Assembly: GCA_964549935.1 (NCBI GenBank)
Contig: CAZJVT010000003.1
Location: 78,634 to 142,633, forward strand
Length of the DNA: 64,000 nt
Direction of reading: 5' to 3'
Origin: an uncultured Candidatus Saccharibacteria bacterium
GTDB taxonomy: Bacteria > Patescibacteriota > Minisyncoccia > UBA6257 > 1-14-0-10-44-23
The notes under the pieces are model-generated. The model worked only from the letters and a program-made list of their open reading frames with translations. It was not told where the DNA came from and made no database searches. A program made the position numbers and the translations under genes. Shown one piece after another: positions 26,753 through 35,500 of this stretch. Every line of letters begins with the position of its first letter. Position 1 is the first letter of the stretch.

Positions 26753-27876
26753 CAGGCTTTCACCACCTTGGTCTTCACCGGGGAGATCCCCTTGGTGATA
26801 TCGCCGCGCCACTGGTCCATCCACCAGACCAGGCGAGCCTTCTTCGCGCCTGTCGGCCGTCCGCGATCGTCGAGCACCCGACGATCCACCGCCTTGAAGT
26901 GCCCGGTCGCCCAGTGATAGCGGCGGGTGTCGCCGGTCACGCCCTGGGCCTTCATCCGGTTCGACTGCACCTTGGTCAGGCGCATCGAGACGACAGAGTG
27001 CTCCTTCAGCGGCTTCTTGCCGGACTTGGCGCGGGATCTGTTGAGCTTCGTCAGGTCGGAGTCCCGGGCCTGCACGGCATTGGTGGCGTTCAGCAGCAGG
27101 AGGATCGCGACCAGGAACGGCGCTTCGTGCATGGCATCGCCGATGTCGCTGACGACCTTCTCGGTGGTCCTGACGATCTCGTCGATCTCTTCCTGGCTTC
27201 GGGCCCGCCGGATCTGGGAGGCGGTCACGTCGACCATGCTGTCCCGGATCGTGCCGCGGAGCTCGCAGGTGAAGGCGGCCGACAGCTTGACCTGCGCCTC
27301 GACCTCGACCGGGTCGTTCAGGTGAAGATGGCGACGAATGGCCGGCTTGGCCGCATAGATCTCGGACTTGGCCTGCTCGCGGAGGTCCCCGACGATGTTC
27401 TCCGGCGGCTCCTCGAGCGACCAGACCAGATGATGGGTCGCGAGGCCGATGCGGGACGGCTCCATCGCGTCCTGCGCCTTCACGCGCCAGAAGATCTCGG
27501 CCCGATAGGTCGGTCCTTCGCCGATCTCGCGGATCAGCATCCCGACTTTCTCGCAGGAAACGGCGCCGTCCCTTACCCCAAGGCCGAAGGTCTCCGACTC
27601 GAACCGGTCTCTTACCGGCGCCGGATACTCGATCCAGGTCACAGGAGCTGGCGCCCGTGCGAAGCCCATGTTCTTCAGCATGTTGCTGGGGCGCATGAAG
27701 CTGAGGTTCGCGGCTGCGCGCGTCACGTCGTCGTCGAGGATCCAGCACCTGGCGTCATCGATGCGAGACCTAAGCTCGGGCGCCTCCGGCATTACCGAGA
27801 GGTAGCCGCTGACCAGGCATTGCCGGACGTCGTCGATGAGCATGGCTAGGTGGCGACCATATTGTCCGTTTGTCAC
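26752..27876 (-). CDS. Phage-type conserved protein with an RxHxxxGHxK...WxxxxRG C-terminal motif
   Basis: TRRYHWATGHFK...VWWMDQWRGD. Confidence 0.75.
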   Translation of the reverse strand: MTNGQYGRHLAMLIDDVRQCLVSGYLSVMPEAPELRSRIDDARCWILDDDVTRAAANLSFMRPSNMLKNMGFARAPAPVTWIEYPAPVRDRFESETFGLGVRDGAVSCEKVGMLIREIGEGPTYRAEIFWRVKAQDAMEPSRIGLATHHLVWSLEEPPENIVGDLREQAKSEIYAAKPAIRRHLHLNDPVEVEAQVKLSAAFTCELRGTIRDSMVDVTASQIRRARSQEEIDEIVRTTEKVVSDIGDAMHEAPFLVAILLLLNATNAVQARDSDLTKLNRSRAKSGKKPLKEHSVVSMRLTKVQSNRMKAQGVTGDTRRYHWATGHFKAVDRRVLDDRGRPTGAKKARLVWWMDQWRGDITKGISPVKTKVVKA

Positions 27877-28015
27877 CTAGGCATATAGCATACAGGATAT
27901 TTATGGACAACGCCTCGTGTACGGATCTCGCTCGTCCCCATTCCCGCACGGGCGCCGCACCAGCTTCCGGGTCGGGTCAACCCCGAAATCCGGCATCCCG
28001 TCAATATAATCTCCT

Positions 28016-28043
28016 TTGCACTTCCTTATAAGTTACCTAAGAT
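28016..28043 (+). promoter_or_regulatory. Sigma70-like promoter
   Basis: TTGCAC-N16-TAAGAT in an AT-rich divergent region. Confidence 0.5.
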
Positions 28044-28157
28044 GATGGCTCAGCGGCCCGGGATACGGACCGCGACGCGGTCCGGTCGTGAACCGGATGA
28101 AACAATCGGCGGCCCGGAGATCCCGGTCCGGCCCCATCTGAACGGAGACTTCCTCCC

Positions 28158-29378
28158 ATGTCGTTCAAGAACCTCAAGAATTCCGGCGGCAACGGCACCC
28201 CGGGCCGCAATTTCGCGATCAAGGTCGTCTCGTACGACACCAAGGACGCGAACCCGAACAACCACACCGTCACCGGCGTCGACCTCGCGACGGGCAAGGA
28301 AGTGAAGGTCGCTCTCTCCGAGAAGCGGACCTACAACAACCGCCCGACGATCAAGGAACGCCAGGACGGCACCAAGCGCATCAGCGCGGTCAAGAAGAAC
28401 GGCCTGATGGTCGTCTCGGCCGCCTATTTCGACGACAAGCTCGGCGCCTGGTCGGCTCGCGGCACCAACGTCGCCGATGCGGACGGCAAGTCCAAGGTCG
28501 CGGTCGTCATTCGCGGCATGGGCAAGATCAACCACCTCCAGCACACCGGCGAGGGCAAGCCCTACGTCCGCCTCGACCTGATGAAGTCGGTCGAAGGCGA
28601 GCCGCGCAAGCTCGACGCGATCGCGGTGACCAGCGCGGCCGAACTCTCCAAGGCCGTGGCTTCGGCGTTCGCCTGGGCGGCGGAAGCCTCGAAGGGCTTC
28701 GCGATGCCGAAGGCGATCGTCCGCGGCATGGACGACAACGGCGACGTGGCCTACTTCGAGATCCTCGGCCGCTACAACAAGGACGAGAAGAAGTACGACA
28801 CCGCCGAGATCGCCCTGGCGAAGTTCGCCGAGGACAAGGAGGTCTTCGTTCCCGGCATCAGCTTCATGTCGGACAAGACCAAGGACGGCACCAAGCGCGA
28901 GAAGTCGATCGCGATGAACCTGCAGAAGGGCGCCGATCTGATGAACGAGATCGGCGGCGAGGGCTACAAGTGGGAGGTCATCCCGGCCCTGTCGGCGCAC
29001 ATCGGCAGCAAGACGGTCGAGGCTTCCATCAAGAACAAGATGGACCTGTCCTCGCCGTATCGCATGAACTTCGAGGACAAGGACTCGAAGGCCCTGTGCA
29101 TCCTCGACTCGCAGGCGGTGATCGGCGACGTCGAAGGCTCGCCGTTCCTCATGTCCTGCGCCCCGGTCGACATCGATCGCGACCAGCCGCGCATCTCGCT
29201 CCTCTACAGCCCGTCGAACAACATCGTTCCGACCTGGCCGCGCGAGAAGACGGCCCCGGAGCACACCGACAGCAAGGCGGGCGACGAGCTCGACGCCACC
29301 CAGGTTCCGGGGGGCAGCGTCGAGGAAGAGCTCGATCGCGCGGCCTCGGGCCAGCCGGCGGTTCCGGCGGCGGCCTAG
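28158..29378 (+). CDS. Probably highly expressed Lys-rich protein; possible SSB/recombination protein
   Basis: Strong codon bias (AAG, AAC, GAC), RBS GGAG, acidic C-terminal tail, own promoter and terminator; function is a guess. Confidence 0.8.
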   Translation: MSFKNLKNSGGNGTPGRNFAIKVVSYDTKDANPNNHTVTGVDLATGKEVKVALSEKRTYNNRPTIKERQDGTKRISAVKKNGLMVVSAAYFDDKLGAWSARGTNVADADGKSKVAVVIRGMGKINHLQHTGEGKPYVRLDLMKSVEGEPRKLDAIAVTSAAELSKAVASAFAWAAEASKGFAMPKAIVRGMDDNGDVAYFEILGRYNKDEKKYDTAEIALAKFAEDKEVFVPGISFMSDKTKDGTKREKSIAMNLQKGADLMNEIGGEGYKWEVIPALSAHIGSKTVEASIKNKMDLSSPYRMNFEDKDSKALCILDSQAVIGDVEGSPFLMSCAPVDIDRDQPRISLLYSPSNNIVPTWPREKTAPEHTDSKAGDELDATQVPGGSVEEELDRAASGQPAVPAAA

Positions 29379-29428
29379 GCCGTCACCTGAAGGATCGACG
29401 TCCGCGTCCCCTCCTGCGGACGTAATTC

Positions 29429-29462
29429 AGGGGCCCGCTCTCAAGGCGGGCCCCTTCTTTCT
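29429..29462 (+). terminator. Rho-independent terminator
   Basis: AGGGGCCCGC-loop-GCGGGCCCCT followed by TCTTT; a second hairpin ACGTCCGC..GCGGACGT lies just upstream. Confidence 0.8.
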
Positions 29463-29488
29463 CCACCAGTCGCGCCAGGGGACTTCCT

Positions 29489-31969
29489 ATGAGCACCGCC
29501 AGTGCAGCCCATCCAGGAAGAACGAACGGGGATGCCATGCCCGAGAACAAGACCCCGGAAGCCGCGGCGACTGGCTTCGACCAGCTGAACGAGTCCCAGC
29601 AGCGGGCAGTCCTCGCCCCTCTGGACAAGCCCTCCCTGGTCCTGGCGGGGCCCGGCACCGGCAAGACCAAGACCCTCGTCGAGCGCTGGATCCACCTCAC
29701 TCGGGAAGGGGTCCGCCCGGCGCGGATCATGACGACCACCTTCTCGAAGGACGCAGCGAGCGAGATGAAGGAGAGGATCTCGAGCTCCGCGCGCATCGCC
29801 ACCGACAAGCTGCCCATTTCCACGCTCCATTCCGCGGCCTTCAGCCTCCTTCGCCAGTCGGCCGGCCTTCATGGCGTTCCCGCCAAGGTCTCGGTCGCGG
29901 ACGAGGCGACGTCCAGGGGCATCCTGTACGACCTCAGTATCTTCGCCCGCGAGGACGACGACATCCTCGACCAGTTCAGCAGATGGAAGGACCGTCTGGT
30001 GACGCCGGAGATGGCGATCGCCGACGCCGAGAAGGCGCGCGACAAGCGGATGGAGGAGATCGCCCGCCACTACGCCACCTACCAGGCCGAGCTGGCGCGC
30101 CGGGGTCTGTTCGATTTCGGCGACCTCATTCTCGAGGCGGTGAAGGCGCTCGAGGGTTCGGACCGGCTCCGCGAGCAGTGGCAGGGGCGCTACGACCACC
30201 TCCTGCTCGACGAGTACCAGGACATCAATCCGGCCCAGGATCGCTTCATCAATTGCCTCTGGACCCCGGGCAAGGGGCTCTGGGTCGTCGGCGACGACGA
30301 CCAGTGCATCTACGCGTTCCGCTCGGCGGACTCCAATTTCATCCTCGACTACGCGGCCCGCTACGGCGAGGCGATCGGCGAGGAGGTCGAGGTCTTCAGG
30401 CTCGATCGCAACTATCGCTGCTCGCCTTCGATCATGTCGGCGGCCTCGGCCGTCATCGCCAACAACGAGCGCCGGCTGCCGAAGCAGATCGTCGCCACGC
30501 GCGACTACGACAACGGCGTCTTCCTGCATGGTTTCGACAACGCCCATGACGAGGCGCGCTTCGTCGCCCGCCAGATCCGGATGCTGTTGGACGGCGGCTT
30601 CAAGCCGAAGCAGATCGCTGTCCTGATGCGGGCAGGCTTCGTTGCCGTCTACATGCAGGCCGCGCTCCAGAAGGAAGGCATCCCCGTCGTCATCAAGGGT
30701 GCCGCTGATTTCTGGGGGTCGGCCGAGATCAAGGCCGCCCTCGGTGCGCTCCGCCTTTCCGTCGACCCGAAGGATACCGCCGCCGGCGGCCTTTGCCCTG
30801 CCGGCAAGCGCGGCGAGAGCCTGAAGAAGGCGGCAATGGACCTCGCCGACGAGAAGGACCTCGCCTGGCCGCAGCGTGTCGCCGCGATCAAGGCCGCGCT
30901 CGATGCGATCCCGCCTCGCGTGGGCGGCGAGGAACGTCGGATCCAATGGGACGAAGGCGTCGCCGCGGCCTGTCGCATCGCGATCGATCTCGGGAACCTC
31001 GACGCTCTCCTAAAGGAAGTTCAGGCACAGCAGCGCAAGGAGAAGGTCGACGAGTCGGAGGCGGTTCCTCTCTCGACGATCCACGGCGCCAAGGGCCTGG
31101 AATGGGACACCGTCTTCGTCGTCGGCGTCGAGGACCAGCTTCTCCCCCACAAGCGGGCGGAGGACATCGAGGAGGAGCGCCGGCTCTTCTACGTCGCCCT
31201 GACGCGCGCCATCCGGCATGCCTGGGTGACCTATGCGCTCGAGCGCGGCGAGGACACGACCGCCGCGTCCCGCTTCATCGCCGAGATGCTGCCCGGCCTC
31301 GAGCCGGGAAAGCTGACGGCATCCGGCCGCGCCAGGGACATGATGGTCGAGCTGATGGCGGCCCGCCGCCAGGCCAGGGCGGATTATCCTGAAGAGAGGC
31401 GGCCGGCCGACGGCGCTGCCGATCGCGGTCGGGCCGAGCCCGGCCGTCAGGAGGCGGGCTTTCCGGTCCACGACGAGATCGAGGCGATGATCCGCGGGGA
31501 AGCGGATCGGAAGCCACCGCAGGCGAAGGCCGTCCGGCCTCCCCGTGCCGGGGGCTTTGCCGCCATGCGCAACGACACCCCGCCGCGCCGCGCGGCGACG
31601 GATGTCGCCAGGATCCATGCGGATCGCGCCCCGCCGCCGCCGACGATCGACCTCCCTGCGTCCCGAGAGTCTTCCGCCATCACCGTGCCCGGCGCCCCGG
31701 TCCGCGTCGCGAAGCCGGAAGCCCTGCAGCGATACCTCGAGGGGCTGAGGAAGGCGCCCGCATCGGGCCAGCCTTGGGACGAGCAGGCGACGGAATTCCT
31801 CAGGCAGTCCTTCCGCCGGCGCCCCGCCGCCGAGATCGCCCGCCAGCTGGGCCGCACCGAGGCGAGCGTCGCCTACCGCCTCCTCGGCATCGGCCTGATC
31901 GACGAGAACGAGTGCCAGCTCATGCTTCGCAACATCGAGCAGACCGGGACGCCTTCGCCGACGGCCTAG
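29489..31969 (+). CDS. UvrD/PcrA/Rep SF1 helicase with a C-terminal Myb-like HTH
   Basis: AGPGTGKT, LLDEYQD, VGDDDQCIYAFR, NYRC, STIHGAKGLEWD, EERRLFYVALTRA; alternative start at 29537. Confidence 0.95.
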   Translation: MSTASAAHPGRTNGDAMPENKTPEAAATGFDQLNESQQRAVLAPLDKPSLVLAGPGTGKTKTLVERWIHLTREGVRPARIMTTTFSKDAASEMKERISSSARIATDKLPISTLHSAAFSLLRQSAGLHGVPAKVSVADEATSRGILYDLSIFAREDDDILDQFSRWKDRLVTPEMAIADAEKARDKRMEEIARHYATYQAELARRGLFDFGDLILEAVKALEGSDRLREQWQGRYDHLLLDEYQDINPAQDRFINCLWTPGKGLWVVGDDDQCIYAFRSADSNFILDYAARYGEAIGEEVEVFRLDRNYRCSPSIMSAASAVIANNERRLPKQIVATRDYDNGVFLHGFDNAHDEARFVARQIRMLLDGGFKPKQIAVLMRAGFVAVYMQAALQKEGIPVVIKGAADFWGSAEIKAALGALRLSVDPKDTAAGGLCPAGKRGESLKKAAMDLADEKDLAWPQRVAAIKAALDAIPPRVGGEERRIQWDEGVAAACRIAIDLGNLDALLKEVQAQQRKEKVDESEAVPLSTIHGAKGLEWDTVFVVGVEDQLLPHKRAEDIEEERRLFYVALTRAIRHAWVTYALERGEDTTAASRFIAEMLPGLEPGKLTASGRARDMMVELMAARRQARADYPEERRPADGAADRGRAEPGRQEAGFPVHDEIEAMIRGEADRKPPQAKAVRPPRAGGFAAMRNDTPPRRAATDVARIHADRAPPPPTIDLPASRESSAITVPGAPVRVAKPEALQRYLEGLRKAPASGQPWDEQATEFLRQSFRRRPAAEIARQLGRTEASVAYRLLGIGLIDENECQLMLRNIEQTGTPSPTA

Positions 31970-31988
31970 GTCAATCGAGGAGCAGTCG

Positions 31989-32441
31989 ATGCATACACGG
32001 ATCTACGTGGCCAGCCGGGCCAGCCTTCCGGCCCGAGCGGAGATGTGGCGCCGGCTGCGTGCCGAGGGCGTACCGATCATCTCGAGCTGGATCGACGAGG
32101 ACGGACCCGGCGAGACCGAGGATTTCGGTCTTCTGTGGGAGCGGATCGAGGACGAGATCGCCCAGTCCCAGGCTCTGGTGCTCTATGCGGAGACCGAGGA
32201 CTTCCCGCTGAAGGGCGCCCTCATCGAGGTCGGCATGGCCTTGAGGGGCCGCATTCCCATTCACGTCGCCATGCCGGGCGTCGTCCTCGAGGAGCGCAGT
32301 ATGCGACCCCTCGAATCTTGGGCGGCGCATCCTCTGGTCACGATCCACCAGGATCTCTCCTCTGCCATGGAGGCCGCCCTCTCTCCGTGGAAGCCCTTTC
32401 CAAAGCGGCCCGCCCCGACCTCGAGCATCCCGGCACCCTGA
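31989..32441 (+). CDS. Nucleoside 2-deoxyribosyltransferase-like protein
   Basis: IYVAS...SSWID...KGALIEVGMAL. Confidence 0.6.
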   Translation: MHTRIYVASRASLPARAEMWRRLRAEGVPIISSWIDEDGPGETEDFGLLWERIEDEIAQSQALVLYAETEDFPLKGALIEVGMALRGRIPIHVAMPGVVLEERSMRPLESWAAHPLVTIHQDLSSAMEAALSPWKPFPKRPAPTSSIPAP

Positions 32442-32545
32442 TCCGGCGTTGCCGATCCGCGATCGAGGCCGAGACTCCTCTGGGCGCTTTCTTCGTTCCT
32501 CTATAGAATGGTGGCATCACTCTTTTATCTGTGACGGGCCCTGAC

Positions 32546-35500
32546 ATGACCTTGCAGAAATGGATCGACCTCTCGGCTTACGGGGTGTCCCTCATCCTGG
32601 TCACCCTGCCGAGCGGCAACCAGCTCATGGTGATCGACGGGCATCAGAACTCCCCGCACAAGGAATTGATCCAGAAGAGCTTTCTGTCGCTCGGGTACAA
32701 CCTGTCGAAGGCGGGTTTCCTCTACAGCGACAACATGAAGATCTCGCCCTCCGCGGTCTTCAGGCTGCTCCCCAAGGGCAAGGTCGCGGAGATGCCTGTC
32801 TCGCAGATCCGCCAGAGCTGGCGTCCGCCCGGCTCCCAGGCGGACCAGCCGAAGGCCCAGCCCGGCCGCGTCTCCGCAACAGGTCCCCGGAAGTCCGCTG
32901 CCCGCGTCCGCGCGCCCGAGCCGGCGCGCCTCGACGTAGCGCTCACCCAGCATCGCCGCCTCGGCCTCAACTCGCTGGGCCAGGAGGTCTTCGAAGGCAT
33001 CGACGGGCGCTTCATCCGCGACCAGGGCGGCAAGCTTCACCGCGAGGCCGAGGTAGGCAACATCACGCCGGCCCTGTTCCTGCGTGCCGAGGCTCAGCCG
33101 CCCCACAAGGGGCTCGATGTCTGCGCCGACGGCCTGGTCAACGAGATCGCCGGCGGCCGCATCATTCGCTTCGACGACCTGAAGCGTTTCGCCGCTGCGG
33201 TCATGGGACAGGCAGACGAGGATATCGAGGACCGGGATCCGCGCGTCCGCCTGGCCGTGGATGCCGTTGCCGACGCGATGCAGCGCCGGGTGGCGCGCCG
33301 CATGGGTTCCAGTCGCGAAGTCTATGCGCTGGCGACCCAGCTGCAGGAAGCCGGGGCCTTCCTCTCCGATGCCACCCGCGTATTCGGGCCGCTCGGCCAC
33401 CCCAGCCTCCCGATCCTCTCGATCCTGCAGCGCGCGATCGGCGGCGAGAGCGAGGTCGGCAACAAGAAGATCGCCATCATCGGCGCCCACGGCCGCGCCG
33501 CCGACATCCTGGCATCGAACCTGCCGGCGACCTCCGAGATCGGCCGCGACGAGCGGCATGCCCTCTACCAGATCGGCCTCCTGCCGCCGGACACGAACTA
33601 CCATGTCGAGATCGACGAGATCGTCGGCGCCCGCGGGCCGGCCGGCCGCACCCTTCTCGTCTTCGCCGGCGATCCAGAGGCCGACGAGGCGATCAAGGCT
33701 CTTCGGACCCGTCTCGGCGAAAGCTACGAGATCGAGGGAACGGCCCGCATCGATCCCTCTCTCCATGCCGGCGACCCCGGTGCCCAGCCGCTGACCCTGA
33801 TCGCGCTCGGCCGCCTGCGGCCCGAACGCCTGCAGCCGGCGCCGGAGGCTTCCCTCCGCGTCCAGCCCATCTCCTCGCATGCCGAGCTCTGGACCTGGTC
33901 CTCCGAGCTCATCTCGACCCGGGCGAAGATCGCCGAGTGGCGCCGGATGCAGGACGACGAGGTCGACGAGGCGCAGCAGCTCCTCGCCGGCAATGTCGAC
34001 CGGACGCTCGAGAACAAGTTCCAGACCCCCTACCAGCCGCTGTCGCGGGCCTCCCTCTCGCGCACGATGATCCCCCGCAGCCTCGAGGGCGCCACCCGCG
34101 AGGCGCTCGAGCGGCTAGCGCGCCGGCATGGGGACATCGACCGCATGGTCTGCGAGGAGCTCGGCTGGACGAACGAAGAGCTGCAGGAGCGGCTTTCGGC
34201 GGAGCAGGTCGACGGCTTCGCGCTCTCGATCGACGCGGAGATGCGCGGCCGCGGCATGCTGATCGCCGACCAGACCGGCGTCGGCAAGGGCCGCCAGATC
34301 GCCGCGATGATCCTTCGCCATGTCCTCGCCGGCCGCAAGGTCATCTTCCTGACCGAGCGCGAGCTGAACCTCCACGACATCTGGCGCGACATCTGCCATA
34401 TCCGCGCCGACGGCTTCATCTCGCCGCTGATCCTCAACGATGGCGTCCGCATCGTCGATGACCTGACCACCGAGACGCTTCTCTCCCCGGTGCCGACCGA
34501 GGAGATGAGGGAGATCCTCCGATCGGGCAAGTGGCCGGAAGGCTTCAACGTCGTCCTCGGCACCTACAGCCAGTTCAACCGGCCGGCGCTCGGCCGCGGC
34601 GGCAAGCTCGTTTCCCTGAAGTCGAAATGGCTGCGCGAGACGGTGACCGCCGGCAGCGGCATCGTCGCGGTCGCCGACGAGGTCCATAACCTCGCCGCCA
34701 AGGAGTCGAACCAGCTCAGCAACATCGACGCCGTCCTCAACAACTTCGAGCACGTCCACTACTCGTCCGCCACCCACGCCAAGACCGGCACGACGCTTCG
34801 CATCTATCGGCGCCTGATGCCGCCGTCGGTGTCGATGAACAACATCATCGACACGATGTCGAAGGGCGGCGAGCTGCTGCAGGAGGTCTTCACCTCCATG
34901 CTGGCCAAGGACGGCGTCATGATCCGCCGCGAGCTCGACCTGTCGGAGGTCGAGTTCGAGGTCTATCACGACAGCGACCACTACGACCGCAACCGCGCGA
35001 TCGTGAACCAGATCGCGCCGATCCTGGCGGCGATGGCCAACATCTCGGGCGAGGTCGACGGCTTCGTCGCGCGCATGGACAAGGACATCGAGGAAGCCCT
35101 TGCCAACGTCGGCGACGACGAGCGGGAGCAGATGAAGGGCAAGCTCGGCGTCTCCAAGCTGTCCTTCGGGTCGCCCTTGCACCACATGACGCGACTCCTG
35201 ATCGCTGCCCTCAAGGCCGACGCCGTGGTTGCCAAGGCTCTCATCGCGCTCGACAAGTCGATGAAGCCGATGATCGTCATCGAGAACACGATCGAGACGC
35301 TCCTCAAGGACATCGTCGCCACCCGCGGCGACGACGGTCAGCGCGTCGACGTCGCGGACGATGCGCTCGAGGGCGTCGAGATGCCCGACTTTCGATCCCT
35401 CTTCCATCGCATGCTCAACCAGGTCTGCAAGATCCGCGAGAAGGTCGACGGTGTCTGGCATACGCGCGACCTGGCCCAGGAGATGCCCGACATGGCCGAG

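Noticed and set aside
28044-28157. Hammerhead ribozyme or known riboswitch
   Set aside because: No CUGANGA core correctly placed relative to GAAA; only generic hairpins are visible.
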